Shown in pieces: positions 1 through 9,302 of a stretch of 64,000 bases of DNA. Made by a program: the position numbers and the translations under genes. The stretch is from Shigella phage PSD9: the sequence record MZ561532; one strand, 5' to 3'. The notes under the pieces are model-generated. The model was not told where the DNA came from and did not search any database. It saw nothing but the letters and a program-made list of their open reading frames with translations. Positions within the stretch are counted from its first letter, which is position 1. The number at the start of each line of letters is the position of its first letter.

Positions 1-60
1 CTTTAAATTTTCGACGGTATAATGAATCAAGGACTTTGCCTTTCAATTAAACCGGGTGGT

Positions 61-675
61 TCAGTAAGAAAGAACGGAAAGATTCCAAATGGTGTAATTA
101 TTCCATTTAGGATTTCTCTCAATAGAGTCTACGCGCAGCGTAGTTCCCGCAGGGAACATCATCTCATCTTCATCATTTATTAATTGTAAGTTTGCTACAC
201 GGGTAGATTCAGGAAATGCGCCAGGGAACTCTTCAGGGGGTGCAGCACATAACATTTTAAAGATTTCTTCCTGATAATTGTACACAAACGGTGCATCATT
301 AATACAAAAGATATTAAATGTGCCGTAGAAGTTATAAGATGCGAAGTTACGAGCTACATTGAAATCTTTTGAGAAGCTCATTACTCGGTCGAATTCAATT
401 ACGGCACCTACACACATTGTGGACTCTAGATACTTCATAGTCTTTTTAGATATGCCGCGATAGAGCTTATCAGGCACTACAGAAGTCAGGTTCTTACGGA
501 TGATTTTGTTCAGAGTTTCCTGGATAGTATCTGGTTTATTTTCCATACACTGCCAGAGCGTGCTCTGTTCTAAATCAGAATACACCTCATCAATTTCTAT
601 CTGAGTATTCTCACGGAAATCATCGCATTTGGCATTGTTGATAAATTCTGCTAATTTATGGCTTGGATATAACAT
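61..675 (-). CDS. ADP-ribosyltransferase, ModA/ModB-like
   Basis: R-S-E ART triad (LYRGI ... MSFSKD ... EDEMMF); lies upstream of soc as T4 modA/modB do. Confidence 0.55.
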   Translation of the reverse strand: MLYPSHKLAEFINNAKCDDFRENTQIEIDEVYSDLEQSTLWQCMENKPDTIQETLNKIIRKNLTSVVPDKLYRGISKKTMKYLESTMCVGAVIEFDRVMSFSKDFNVARNFASYNFYGTFNIFCINDAPFVYNYQEEIFKMLCAAPPEEFPGAFPESTRVANLQLINDEDEMMFPAGTTLRVDSIERNPKWNNYTIWNLSVLSY

Positions 676-729
676 ATTATTCTCCTCAGTTGATAGAAAG
701 ATAGTACCACAAGCTTCCTTGCCTGTAAA

Positions 730-1299
730 CTAAAAATCCAACATTTTTAAATGAATTGTTTTGTACTCGATTTCGTACGGGTCCCTTTTGACGGTTTCGA
801 TTTCAACAATCTCAAATCTTGATAGGCTGGAGACCATGAACTCACATTCAGTTTCAACCATATCATAGAGGTCAATACGGGTTTCATCTATTTCAAGCTC
901 ATCCACATTCCCTGCAAGAACAAGGTCGATAGCATGATTGTAGTAGTCGAAAATGAACGGTGCATTCCTGAGACTTAAAATGGTTTTGGTTCCATATTCC
1001 CATGCCCCTGCGAATTGACGAGCCTGAGAGTATTGTGTACTAAAAGAAGTAACTCGACCAGGAGACCATTGACAACCTACTGAAAGGAGCTCTAATTGCT
1101 CAAGTTCTCTGGTGGTAATCCCACGATACAACTCTACTGGAACCGCTGAAGTAACATGCTTGCGAACCAGTTTGTCAAGGTCGTAATGGAAGTTAGGGTC
1201 TTTTTTAGCATCCAGACATTTTTCTAAAAGATTCTGTTCGTGTTTTGAGAATTTGGAATTGATTCGGTCTTGATAAAGACATTTTTGTTCGATGTTCAT
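730..1299 (-). CDS. ADP-ribosyltransferase, ModA/ModB-like
   Basis: R-S-E ART triad (LYRGI ... TSFST ... ELEIDE); tandem paralog of the previous ORF. Confidence 0.55.
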   Translation of the reverse strand: MNIEQKCLYQDRINSKFSKHEQNLLEKCLDAKKDPNFHYDLDKLVRKHVTSAVPVELYRGITTRELEQLELLSVGCQWSPGRVTSFSTQYSQARQFAGAWEYGTKTILSLRNAPFIFDYYNHAIDLVLAGNVDELEIDETRIDLYDMVETECEFMVSSLSRFEIVEIETVKRDPYEIEYKTIHLKMLDF

Positions 1300-1310
1300 A
1301 TGACCTCCGG

Positions 1311-1352
1311 TGATTTAGAGGTCATTATAACATGAAGGGAGGAGGTGTAAAA
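1311..1352 (-). promoter_or_regulatory. early-promoter-like cassette (degenerate copy)
   Basis: GTTTTAC -35-like block plus TATAAT-like block upstream of the 730..1299 start. Confidence 0.35.
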
Positions 1353-1354
1353 CT

Positions 1355-1543
1355 TTATTTTACCCAAGGGGCCCAGGGTGGAGGGTCTAAGTAATAAGAA
1401 GCAAGGTCGCTAAGAGCATCTTTAGGCAACTTAAAACCGTGCTTCTGTATAATCATATCAAGTTCATTGACAAGGTCAACAGGCGGCTCCTGAGTTGTTT
1501 CAGGCTCAGGGTCCGGAATGACAAACATATCAAATAAGTCCAT
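1355..1543 (-). CDS. hypothetical protein (62 aa)
   Basis: ORF tiling the minus strand; stop overlaps downstream region. Confidence 0.4.
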   Translation of the reverse strand: MDLFDMFVIPDPEPETTQEPPVDLVNELDMIIQKHGFKLPKDALSDLASYYLDPPPWAPWVK

Positions 1544-2031
1544 TAGTAACCACCGATAGGACCGTACTCGTACATACGAGCTCGTACCTTAGCATCACGA
1601 ATAGCGTCTTCAGTCATGGTAAAGCGCAATCCAATATCAAAGTGCTTCCAAATCTGACGTTCAACTTCAATAAGGTCTTCGGTAGCGGAAATAAGATAAG
1701 TACGACCTTTAAGACGTTCGTTGGACATTCTATCGGTATCTTTATAGAAAATGTCCATTGTTCCTTCGCCATACGGGTCCGGATGGCGATAACCCTTGAT
1801 ATGTAATGCTTCAGCCAGGCTAAAAGGACAATCTTCAGCAACATCAACATTTTTGTTATGGTAAGCCTTCATCATAATATTTTCTGGAAGCTTAATATCT
1901 TTTAATCGTGTTTCTAACTGGGTTATAGAATTCGTACCATTGTCGACAAAGATAAGACACACTGTAGCATCATAAGGACGTGTCTGTCCAGATGAATCAC
2001 GTACATGGAATTCTAGTTCATAAACTTTCAT
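1543..2031 (-). CDS. hypothetical protein (162 aa)
   Basis: ORF with RBS; corresponds positionally to the T4 mrh region, no motif recognised. Confidence 0.45.
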   Translation of the reverse strand: MKVYELEFHVRDSSGQTRPYDATVCLIFVDNGTNSITQLETRLKDIKLPENIMMKAYHNKNVDVAEDCPFSLAEALHIKGYRHPDPYGEGTMDIFYKDTDRMSNERLKGRTYLISATEDLIEVERQIWKHFDIGLRFTMTEDAIRDAKVRARMYEYGPIGGY

Positions 2032-2181
2032 TATGATTTCCTCTTCTTAGTTTACCTACTAAAGGACCATCCGGAATTTTATTTTCTTGGATGTATTTCT
2101 CGTTTTCTTCCATCATTTTACTACCAATTTTAAGAAGCAAATCCAGTGCCTCTTTAGCTTGTTTTTCGGCCTCTTCAGTAG

Positions 2182-2382
2182 TCATGATTTATCCCCATAG
2201 ATGTCACGCATAATTCTAAGAGCTTCGCGTTCTAATTTCTTTTCGCGTTCTTCACGGATACCTTTAAGAATCCATTCTTCGGACTCGCGTTTCATTTCTG
2301 CATTAGCTTGGTCCAACCACCCGTCATCAAGATAATCACCAGGACGGTCCAGCCAATCTTTAAGCCATGATAAAGGTTTCAT
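2182..2382 (-). CDS. hypothetical protein (66 aa)
   Basis: minus-strand ORF; stop/start overlap with neighbour. Confidence 0.4.
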   Translation of the reverse strand: MKPLSWLKDWLDRPGDYLDDGWLDQANAEMKRESEEWILKGIREEREKKLEREALRIMRDIYGDKS

Positions 2383-2705
2383 TAATCACACGAGCCGGAC
2401 GATGAGTCACAGCTTCCTGAGTCATAAGACGAATAAGAAGAATCACCAGTCCAAGAACTGACAGCAGCCGCAACCATAATAGGAGTACTATCAATATGGC
2501 TTGTGCGACGAGCTTCTAAATGTTCTTTAAACTTTTTAGAATTCAAAGGAAGGGCACCCGGGCCTACATTACCGGCTTTTTCAGGTTGACGGATAACTTC
2601 TTCCATCATACCATCGCCCACATAAACATATTCCTTCAGACCTGAGATAGGAACCACCCCTTCACCAGGTTTGGTCTTGAAAAAATTCTTAAGCCAACGA
2701 ATCAT
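2382..2705 (-). CDS. hypothetical protein (107 aa)
   Basis: minus-strand ORF, Ser-rich C-terminus. Confidence 0.4.
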   Translation of the reverse strand: MIRWLKNFFKTKPGEGVVPISGLKEYVYVGDGMMEEVIRQPEKAGNVGPGALPLNSKKFKEHLEARRTSHIDSTPIMVAAAVSSWTGDSSYSSYDSGSCDSSSGSCD

Positions 2706-2947
2706 AGGAAACCTCGTTTAAATTCAACTTTATCGATATCATCAGTCTCGTGACGGATTTCGGCATTAAATTCGATAGAACCGTCTTCATGCATCATAAA
2801 TGAATGGACAATAACTTCGGTATACCAAGGAGTATAAAAGTACTTTTTCAATACATGATTAGCGATAATTTCATCCAAAGTTTTATTTGGTTTAATCCAA
2901 CGATTTAACATAGTGTTCTCCTCTATAAGATAAGACCATCTTAACAC
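2702..2947 (-). CDS. hypothetical protein (81 aa)
   Basis: minus-strand ORF with ATGA overlap to downstream gene. Confidence 0.4.
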   Translation of the reverse strand: MLRWSYLIEENTMLNRWIKPNKTLDEIIANHVLKKYFYTPWYTEVIVHSFMMHEDGSIEFNAEIRHETDDIDKVEFKRGFL

Positions 2948-2977
2948 GGCCTTCCTAGAAAGTAAACCCTTAAAACC

Positions 2978-3002
2978 AAAAAAAGGAACCCGAAGGTTCC
3001 TT
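2978..3002 (-). terminator. intrinsic terminator hairpin
   Basis: aggaacc-cgaa-ggttcct stem-loop followed by T-run on the minus strand, just 3' of soc. Confidence 0.6.
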
Positions 3003-3006
3003 ATAA

Positions 3007-3240
3007 TTAAACTACTGGGGTCGGCGTGAACATTGCTGCGTTCTTAGTTCGCCAATCGGCTGCATCAGTCACTACAGTAGTATAGGCTGCAACGGCCGAA
3101 GGGAAAGTCTGATAATGAGAGTCTGCAATACGGTGCTCGTTTGAATAAATCTCAAACGGGACCGAAACCTCAGTACCTTTAACTTCTTTACCTTCACCAG
3201 CTGGATGTGTAAAGGTTTTGATATTAACGAAACCACCCAT
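3007..3240 (-). CDS. soc: small outer capsid protein Soc
   Basis: direct similarity to T4 Soc (VNIKTF ... SHYQTFPS ... AAYTTV); late promoter upstream. Confidence 0.8.
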   Translation of the reverse strand: MGGFVNIKTFTHPAGEGKEVKGTEVSVPFEIYSNEHRIADSHYQTFPSAVAAYTTVVTDAADWRTKNAAMFTPTPVV

Positions 3241-3271
3241 AATTAACTCCTTTGTTGTTTAATTACAGGTG

Positions 3272-3279
3272 TATTTATA
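3272..3279 (-). promoter_or_regulatory. late promoter TATAAATA
   Basis: plus tatttata = minus TATAAATA about 30 nt upstream of the soc start. Confidence 0.55.
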
Positions 3280-3281
3280 AC

Positions 3282-3803
3282 TTAATAACCTCGGTCCTGG
3301 CGAGCAAAGTTCTCGGCATTTTTCAGGTAATACAATTTAAAGATTTCTTCAGCAGTCAGACCAAGACCCTGGAACATATTCAGAACGAAATGGAGAATAT
3401 CAATCATTTCAAATTTAATTTCGAGCTGGTCTTCAGGAGACAAATCGTTAATCAAGGTTTCACGACGTTCAGCATGTTGAGCTTTCCAAGGCTTCCATAC
3501 TGCTGATGCATCTTTTTCACCATTGCTCATACCGCCAAGAGAAGTCAGAAGTTCACGGAATTCATCATCAATATAATCTTTCTGATTACGCAGCCAATCA
3601 ACAACTTCACCTGCAGTAGCCAAATCATCAGGATGACGGTTATATTCAGGTTTATCTTTAGATAAACGAACCTGTAATGATTTCTGCATATCAAGCATAA
3701 CCTGCAGAGGGTCTTTATCTTCATGAATCAGAGCATTAAAATAAGCTTCCTCAGCTTTATCAACACCATCAATCAGGTTTGCGCATTCGTTAAAGTGTGC
3801 CAT
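3282..3803 (-). CDS. 56: dCTPase/dUTPase gp56
   Basis: near-colinear match to T4 gp56 (MAHFNECA ... IDDEFRELLTSLG ... EEIFKLYYLKN ... ENFARQDRGY). Confidence 0.85.
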   Translation of the reverse strand: MAHFNECANLIDGVDKAEEAYFNALIHEDKDPLQVMLDMQKSLQVRLSKDKPEYNRHPDDLATAGEVVDWLRNQKDYIDDEFRELLTSLGGMSNGEKDASAVWKPWKAQHAERRETLINDLSPEDQLEIKFEMIDILHFVLNMFQGLGLTAEEIFKLYYLKNAENFARQDRGY

Positions 3804-3867
3804 TATATTTTTCCTTTTTCAATTCATTAATAAGTTAGATAATTATAACATTAAAATTTGTAAGCAA

Positions 3868-4236
3868 TTAGGAAGACCAGCCGGTAAATTTACGTTGTCC
3901 TGAATCCCAGTGAACACCTACGTCAGGAGAATACCTATAATTAAAATCACCGTAGGATTCCGAAATTTCTAAAATATATCTTACAAAATATTCACAAAGC
4001 TCATTAGACCATGAATCAGAATACACCACGAAGTGGAAAGATGATTGGTCCTCATCATCGACATCAATCCATACCCGTTTTAATTTACCTTCCGGCGAAT
4101 CATAAACACCTGAAATATATTCACCTTTAACCGAAAGGCTTCCTTCTTCAAAAGCAGTATTCAAAACAAGCCCTAATTCTCCAGGGCTAGATTCTTCTAC
4201 CCAATCATCATGGGTATTCAATAAAATCTTAATCAT
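3868..4236 (-). CDS. hypothetical protein (122 aa)
   Basis: minus-strand ORF between 56 and the methyltransferase ORFs. Confidence 0.45.
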   Translation of the reverse strand: MIKILLNTHDDWVEESSPGELGLVLNTAFEEGSLSVKGEYISGVYDSPEGKLKRVWIDVDDEDQSSFHFVVYSDSWSNELCEYFVRYILEISESYGDFNYRYSPDVGVHWDSGQRKFTGWSS

Positions 4237-4245
4237 AATATTTCC

Positions 4246-4728
4246 TTAAAAATCAAATATGTCTAATAACGAATTAGTGGTATTAATATGAACTACTGGG
4301 GCTACATAATCATCCATCCATTCGGGATATCTGCGCCCTTCAGATCGGTCATTAGGGTCTAATGTATTTGCATATGCAAAGTTATATGAAATTATATCTC
4401 GATGTTCTTTAGTGTCACCGACAATATTTAAGATACGTTGGCATAAAAAATCATAGTTATCTTTCATATACTCAATACAATACATATCCTTTAAAGCTTG
4501 GGTTGGCGATACTCCTATTTCCAATTTCTTACGGATAACGGCTTCAACAAGATTACCATCTCCTGCTGAAGGTTCAAAGAATGTATTACCGGCCTTAAAG
4601 GATTCTTCACCACAAAGCTTTAAAAGAATTTTTGTACAGTACTCATTAGTGAATACCTCGTCAGTAGATTGTTGACGCTCACGAGATATTTCACCGTTTT
4701 TTCTTGAATTATCAATTGCTAATTTCAT
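4246..4728 (-). CDS. DNA methyltransferase AdoMet-binding module (motifs X and I only)
   Basis: DEVFTNEY ... FFEPSAGDGNL matches motif X + motif I (FxGxG) of N6A/N4C MTases; no (D/N)PP(Y/F); ATG at 4728 with GGGT RBS. Confidence 0.55.
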   Translation of the reverse strand: MKLAIDNSRKNGEISRERQQSTDEVFTNEYCTKILLKLCGEESFKAGNTFFEPSAGDGNLVEAVIRKKLEIGVSPTQALKDMYCIEYMKDNYDFLCQRILNIVGDTKEHRDIISYNFAYANTLDPNDRSEGRRYPEWMDDYVAPVVHINTTNSLLDIFDF

Positions 4729-6211
4729 CAAGACTTACCCCATTCACAACATTTTCTGCATACTGCCATTCTAAATCGGTAATGTTGAAGCGTTCTTGAA
4801 TCATTTCACGGGTCCACTTCTTGGTAAAATCAACTACAGGAGCGTTTTGAACCATTTTTTTACCGCCGGTACCACCGCCAAGTCCTAAAAAATATTGACA
4901 TGCTACTTTAATAGGGGCGTATGAATAAAATTCAATAGCATTTTCGGCTTCTTCAAAAGTATCAAAAGAGGCCCAAGCCTGTAAAGGTGGCTTTTCTTTT
5001 GTAATACGGGTTTTGGTGTTTGTCATAGCACTATAAAATAACTTGCCCATAATAATTTCAGAATTATCAGATGTAGTTGATGAAGGACCCAATTTCCTAA
5101 TAAAGTTCACATAGTATTCTTTTTCTACACCTTCATAATTATTAAGTTTTTCTTTAGTTCGGGTTTTATCTGCTATAGATTTTGCACTTTTATTATTCAA
5201 AATAATAGAAACAAAATCGTCATTATTATAATTATATTTAGCTTTTGTTCTTCCATTAATTAGGGTAAATCCTTGGGTTTCATTTTTAGAAAATTTTGAT
5301 ATCGCCAAAGCTGTTGTCGGTGAAGCAGAAAAGTACTTATTACCGCCATTGCAATCTATAATAGCATAATTTAGCCTTTTTTTAGCTTCAGGCCTGTGAG
5401 ATATAACTCCCATTGAATATAAAAAAGATGCTGGGGTGATAGATATTACATTATCTGCACATTCCAAGGCTTTATCTAAAAATTTCACATCACTCGTAAA
5501 TGGAGGATTCATGATAACTGTATTAAATTTCATTTTCTTAGGGGCCTTAATGAATTCAAATCCAGAGAAACATCCGAAAGTATCAAATACATATCGAGCT
5601 TTATCTGAATCAGTTGAAATGAATAAGATATCGGAAGTATCGTATCCGATAAGAGATAATAATGAAACAATTTCAAGGGATTCAATAACACAAATACGCT
5701 GAGACCAACCCATTGAATATGCAACCATTATATCACTCATTTCAATAAGCGTTTTTGCTGCTTCAAAAGTCATTACATTAGAGGTTTCCGCTGTTTGGGT
5801 GAATTTACCATCCATGGAGTGGATATAACGGTCATAATGGATTTTGGTATCAGGTTCAGATAAATCAAATTTAACAAAGCAGCGTTTTTCTTCAGAAAGA
5901 CCACGGACGCGGTTTGTTATAGAATCCCAATACTCATCAATGTAAATACCTTCAAGAGAAAAAGCTTCATGCTCATTAAGATTTGATTTAATAATTTCAA
6001 TCATGTCTGAAGGCTTAAGGCCTGATTCAAGAAGCTCTTGGATTTTAGCCAATTTTTCAGCATTACCTTGAGGGTCGGCCTTATTGAATTTTTTAGCTTC
6101 TTCAAAATGTTGCTCAGGCCGAGCACTTACACCTTTACCAAAGTAGAAAGGTTTTTTGTCTTGGTCTACTAAGCGATATACCTGATAAATTGTTTCCTGA
6201 TTGTAAGCCAT
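4712..6211 (-). CDS. GIY-YIG nuclease domain fused to DNA methyltransferase catalytic/TRD region
   Basis: N-term GIY-YIG pattern (IYQVYRL ... YFGKG ... R..QH ... E ... N); downstream VIMNPPF motif IV; occupies T4 dam locus. Confidence 0.55.
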   Translation of the reverse strand: MAYNQETIYQVYRLVDQDKKPFYFGKGVSARPEQHFEEAKKFNKADPQGNAEKLAKIQELLESGLKPSDMIEIIKSNLNEHEAFSLEGIYIDEYWDSITNRVRGLSEEKRCFVKFDLSEPDTKIHYDRYIHSMDGKFTQTAETSNVMTFEAAKTLIEMSDIMVAYSMGWSQRICVIESLEIVSLLSLIGYDTSDILFISTDSDKARYVFDTFGCFSGFEFIKAPKKMKFNTVIMNPPFTSDVKFLDKALECADNVISITPASFLYSMGVISHRPEAKKRLNYAIIDCNGGNKYFSASPTTALAISKFSKNETQGFTLINGRTKAKYNYNNDDFVSIILNNKSAKSIADKTRTKEKLNNYEGVEKEYYVNFIRKLGPSSTTSDNSEIIMGKLFYSAMTNTKTRITKEKPPLQAWASFDTFEEAENAIEFYSYAPIKVACQYFLGLGGGTGGKKMVQNAPVVDFTKKWTREMIQERFNITDLEWQYAENVVNGVSLDEISN

Positions 6212-6224
6212 TTTTGTATCTCCA

Positions 6225-6270
6225 GTAGTTGATATGTCTATAGTATCATATCTAGCAGGGATGTAAACTG
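6225..6270 (-). promoter_or_regulatory. early promoter cassette
   Basis: conserved gttgatatgtctatagtatca ... gatgtaaac block (minus-strand GTTTAC -35, TACTAT -10 region). Confidence 0.55.
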
Positions 6271-6275
6271 ATTTT

Positions 6276-6283
6276 TATAAATA
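6276..6283 (+). promoter_or_regulatory. late promoter TATAAATA (plus strand)
   Basis: exact tataaata about 20 nt upstream of the AGGAGG RBS of plus-strand ORF 6305..6505. Confidence 0.4.
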
Positions 6284-6304
6284 ATAATTTAACAGGAGGA
6301 TAAC

Positions 6305-6505
6305 ATGGGCAGTATTTTTTACCAAATCTGGAAATTGGCTGAAAAGAAAGACAAGAAAATGATGTTAGGTTTTCTTGCACTAGATGTGTTCCTTTGGAAT
6401 CTTCTGGTAGTCCCTGTAGCCGCCAGCCAAGGGATAATTTTACCAGCGGTTACAATGGAGCACGTGTTAAGCATAATTGGATTCTTTAGCGGAATTCCTG
6501 CCTAA
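6305..6505 (+). CDS. hypothetical small hydrophobic protein (66 aa)
   Basis: plus-strand ORF in an intergenic gap with strong RBS aggagga and late promoter; hydrophobic segments. Confidence 0.4.
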   Translation: MGSIFYQIWKLAEKKDKKMMLGFLALDVFLWNLLVVPVAASQGIILPAVTMEHVLSIIGFFSGIPA

Positions 6506-7530
6506 ATCTTGGAATATTTTGAAAGTCTCATTTTTGCCATTAAACCTTGGGCTATATTAGCTTTCATATATGCCAGTACATCATTTATATCAGCTTTATC
6601 TTTCATAATCATATCATTTATATCTTTAGAAGGCCATGGAGCCTTGTCCCAGAATAGAACCCTTTCGCCAGCATCAACTAATCGTTGCATACGCTTAATT
6701 GTGTCAGGATGGCGGGGTTCATTGTCCATTACCCAGGCACGAGTTTCTTTACACGGAACCATAGCCAAGTCCAACGACCCGCCAGTAATTGCTATTGCAT
6801 TCGGTACGAATAATGAATCGATAGGACCTTCCATTACCCACACCAACTGACGTTCGTCGACAGTATCCATTCCATATATTTTTGTAGCTTGGTCATGAGC
6901 TTTTATTGTAATATATTTTTGTGGAGCATCTTTACGTAAGGCTCGACCCTGAAAACTTTCAATTTGTTTATTCTTATTGAAAATTGGAATAACCAAACGA
7001 GGCTCAGGCATTTCTTTAGAATAGGTCCCTGGATTGACAGAGTTCACCAATGCCGGCCATTCTTTAGTAAACCATAAGCGATTCCATTTGTTTTCAGGAA
7101 TGCAACGTAGTGTTACATATTTGATAATAGGATGGTCCTTTGGCATTCTATCCAGACGTTCACAGAAATTAAGCTTTTCGATGACAGGCATCTTGGCTTT
7201 AATCTTTTCTGATATCTCCACCTTAGGTGCAGCTTGTCTCCCGAACGATTGCTCTTTATGTTTCTCAAGAATATATTCTCGATATAAATCAGGCTCATAT
7301 TCGTATAGATACTTCTTAATTCCTGCTGAATAGTCACAGTTAAAACAGTGCAGCATTACGGAGCCGTCATTGGCCGGATAGGCCCAAAAACGAGCTTTGT
7401 TCTCATCTTTTAGGGAGTCGCCACATACACGACAACGACAGTTTAATTTAAAATCACTACCAGTTACTTGTCTGAATTTAGGTTGATAATTCAAGGCACG
7501 TACAGCAAATTCTCTATCGACATATGACAT
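6502..7530 (-). CDS. 61: DNA primase gp61
   Basis: 342 aa as in T4 gp61; N-terminal Cys-rich zinc-binding region (CRCRVCGD ... CFNC); synteny next to 41. Confidence 0.85.
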   Translation of the reverse strand: MSYVDREFAVRALNYQPKFRQVTGSDFKLNCRCRVCGDSLKDENKARFWAYPANDGSVMLHCFNCDYSAGIKKYLYEYEPDLYREYILEKHKEQSFGRQAAPKVEISEKIKAKMPVIEKLNFCERLDRMPKDHPIIKYVTLRCIPENKWNRLWFTKEWPALVNSVNPGTYSKEMPEPRLVIPIFNKNKQIESFQGRALRKDAPQKYITIKAHDQATKIYGMDTVDERQLVWVMEGPIDSLFVPNAIAITGGSLDLAMVPCKETRAWVMDNEPRHPDTIKRMQRLVDAGERVLFWDKAPWPSKDINDMIMKDKADINDVLAYMKANIAQGLMAKMRLSKYSKI

Positions 7531-7568
7531 TATTTTTCCTTGGGCTCTAAATTAATAGAGCCATTATA

Positions 7569-7730
7569 TCATTCGTTTTCGGATTTTTCTTTACGCTTTT
7601 TAGATGGGATTTGTTCAGGCCCTTTGTTGACGACCGCGCCTGAGGTAGTTCCGGAGGCAATATTAGATGGGTTACCACCTGCATCGCCTGCGACCATATC
7701 TTCGTTCATAACTTCTTTAAAAGATTTCAT
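7569..7730 (-). CDS. hypothetical small protein (53 aa)
   Basis: unlisted ORF (MKSFKEVMNEDM ...) with AGGAG RBS in the gap after gene 61. Confidence 0.3.
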   Translation of the reverse strand: MKSFKEVMNEDMVAGDAGGNPSNIASGTTSGAVVNKGPEQIPSKKRKEKSENE

Positions 7731-7746
7731 AGGCTCCTGGCCTTAT

Positions 7747-7956
7747 TTATATTACGAAAATAGCTTTATCACCATTCGCATCAGTGACTTCATAGGTATC
7801 TTCATGATACAGTGGGATAATCCAAGTCACACCATCACCGGCAATAATATGGATAGCTTCTTGGTCCTTTGATACGATTTCATACTCTTCGAATAATTCG
7901 AATACAGAAATCTTAGAGCCCGTACACATTGCACTCATATTGTTCCCTTCTCTCAA
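7747..7956 (-). CDS. hypothetical protein (69 aa)
   Basis: minus-strand ORF. Confidence 0.4.
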   Translation of the reverse strand: MREGNNMSAMCTGSKISVFELFEEYEIVSKDQEAIHIIAGDGVTWIIPLYHEDTYEVTDANGDKAIFVI

Positions 7957-8134
7957 TCAGTTGGCGATGGGCCTTTTTAAGTTTACGAAGCTGGCGCTTA
8001 GTTGGCCGTGCAACATAAGCTTGAGTAGTTACTCGACCAAAAACACCGTACTTAGGTGAAGGAGAATCGATAAAGACTTCCCACTGACAAGAGTAACTAT
8101 ACACCGCTTTAGAGAATTGAGTTAAGACAAACAT
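7913..8134 (-). CDS. hypothetical protein (73 aa)
   Basis: minus-strand ORF, basic. Confidence 0.4.
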   Translation of the reverse strand: MFVLTQFSKAVYSYSCQWEVFIDSPSPKYGVFGRVTTQAYVARPTKRQLRKLKKAHRQLIERREQYECNVYGL

Positions 8135-8135
8135 A

Positions 8136-8576
8136 TTAACCTCGATTCATAAAGGCATTAAAAATCTGGTCATCTATTGAATAAACCGGAGCTTCCAGAA
8201 TTTTCAACAGACTGTTTTTGATATACTTGCTAGGGATGTCCATATTAACGCGGTCGTTCAATTCGTTGTCTGGGAGGATGTCTTTAAATTCGAATCCATC
8301 AAACTCAACCTTGTCAGGAATACCTTCAGCGAAAAAATAAACCAATTGGTGCATTGTATTGCACGAAAATAATTTAGACCTCACCGCGATAAGTTCTTGC
8401 CAATGGTTTAATTCTCTGTTAAGAAGTTTATGAGCCATTGTAATTCGATCATCGCTATCAACAAGAAAATAACCCAGGTATTGGTGGTCGTCGCTCCAAA
8501 ACATCCTGTATGCTTGTGCATTTGGATTTTTACAACGAAGTTTTTTGATAACTAAATTTCTGTTAATCTTATTCAC
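8136..8576 (-). CDS. hypothetical protein (146 aa)
   Basis: minus-strand ORF. Confidence 0.45.
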   Translation of the reverse strand: MNKINRNLVIKKLRCKNPNAQAYRMFWSDDHQYLGYFLVDSDDRITMAHKLLNRELNHWQELIAVRSKLFSCNTMHQLVYFFAEGIPDKVEFDGFEFKDILPDNELNDRVNMDIPSKYIKNSLLKILEAPVYSIDDQIFNAFMNRG

Positions 8577-8862
8577 CTGTCACCTCTTTAACGATATTTT
8601 TGTTATCGAAATTGGCATCACAATACAAATTCCAGTTATATTGCATAACACCACCTGAAGCTAATTGGTCTGACACTTCTTTAGCCATGTCAGGACGGTC
8701 GCGTTTAGTGATGTTCATGATATCAGCATAAATCTGATGCTCAACCGCTTCTTGATCGGCAGTCATAGACCATTCACAAAGGTCTTTATCCAATCCAGCC
8801 GTAACTGGAGCCGTGCCACATGACGCTACTGTAAGGATTGCTGCGATTAATAACTTTTTCAT
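8569..8862 (-). CDS. putative lipoprotein (97 aa)
   Basis: signal peptide with lipobox (MKKLLIAAILTVASC); start adjusted to the ATG preceded by GAGGAGAA RBS. Confidence 0.5.
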   Translation of the reverse strand: MKKLLIAAILTVASCGTAPVTAGLDKDLCEWSMTADQEAVEHQIYADIMNITKRDRPDMAKEVSDQLASGGVMQYNWNLYCDANFDNKNIVKEVTGE

Positions 8863-8874
8863 AATGTTCTCCTC

Positions 8875-8920
8875 GGTAGTTGATAGGTCCATAGTATCAC
8901 TACCATAGACCGTTGTAAAC
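8875..8920 (-). promoter_or_regulatory. early promoter cassette
   Basis: gttgataggtccatagtatca ... ttgtaaac. Confidence 0.55.
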
Positions 8921-8921
8921 T

Positions 8922-9161
8922 TTATTTTAATGAATCTTCCAAAGAAATTTTACGGAATTTACGTTTTGTCTGACGAATCTGACGCTTAGTGGGCTTCACA
9001 GGAAATTCGAAGAACTCTACGTATTCTTGTTCATAATCGTTGTGGCCCACTGAAAGAACTAGTTCCCAGTTGTTTACGGTACGTTGGATAAACATATTAT
9101 GCTTACCGAAAGATTTATTCCAAAAAGAGCTAGGAGTTGGTTTCATTAGTACGATATTCAT
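8922..9161 (-). CDS. hypothetical protein (79 aa)
   Basis: minus-strand ORF, basic C-terminus. Confidence 0.4.
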   Translation of the reverse strand: MNIVLMKPTPSSFWNKSFGKHNMFIQRTVNNWELVLSVGHNDYEQEYVEFFEFPVKPTKRQIRQTKRKFRKISLEDSLK

Positions 9162-9302
9162 TTATTCCTCGCCTTCATGTTTATGAGCAATTTCTTCGAA
9201 TTCGCTGTCACAGTCTAAACAGGTTGCGTTGTCCCAAGCATCAAATACCGCCTGGTCTTCACAGACCGAACAACCACATACTACACATTCAAATTCTTCC
9301 AT
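9162..9302 (-). CDS. hypothetical zinc-ribbon protein (about 46 aa)
   Basis: unlisted ORF MEEFECVVCGCSVCED ... CLDCDSEF with two CxxC pairs; hand-translated. Confidence 0.3.
   Translation of the reverse strand: MEEFECVVCGCSVCEDQAVFDAWDNATCLDCDSEFEEIAHKHEGEE

Noticed and set aside
1614-1850. 78-aa minus-strand ORF nested in 1543..2031 in another frame
   Set aside because: Fully contained in a longer ORF with better start context.
5436-5724. ORFs on both strands nested in the GIY-YIG/MTase gene
   Set aside because: Nested or antisense to the long ORF; no independent support.
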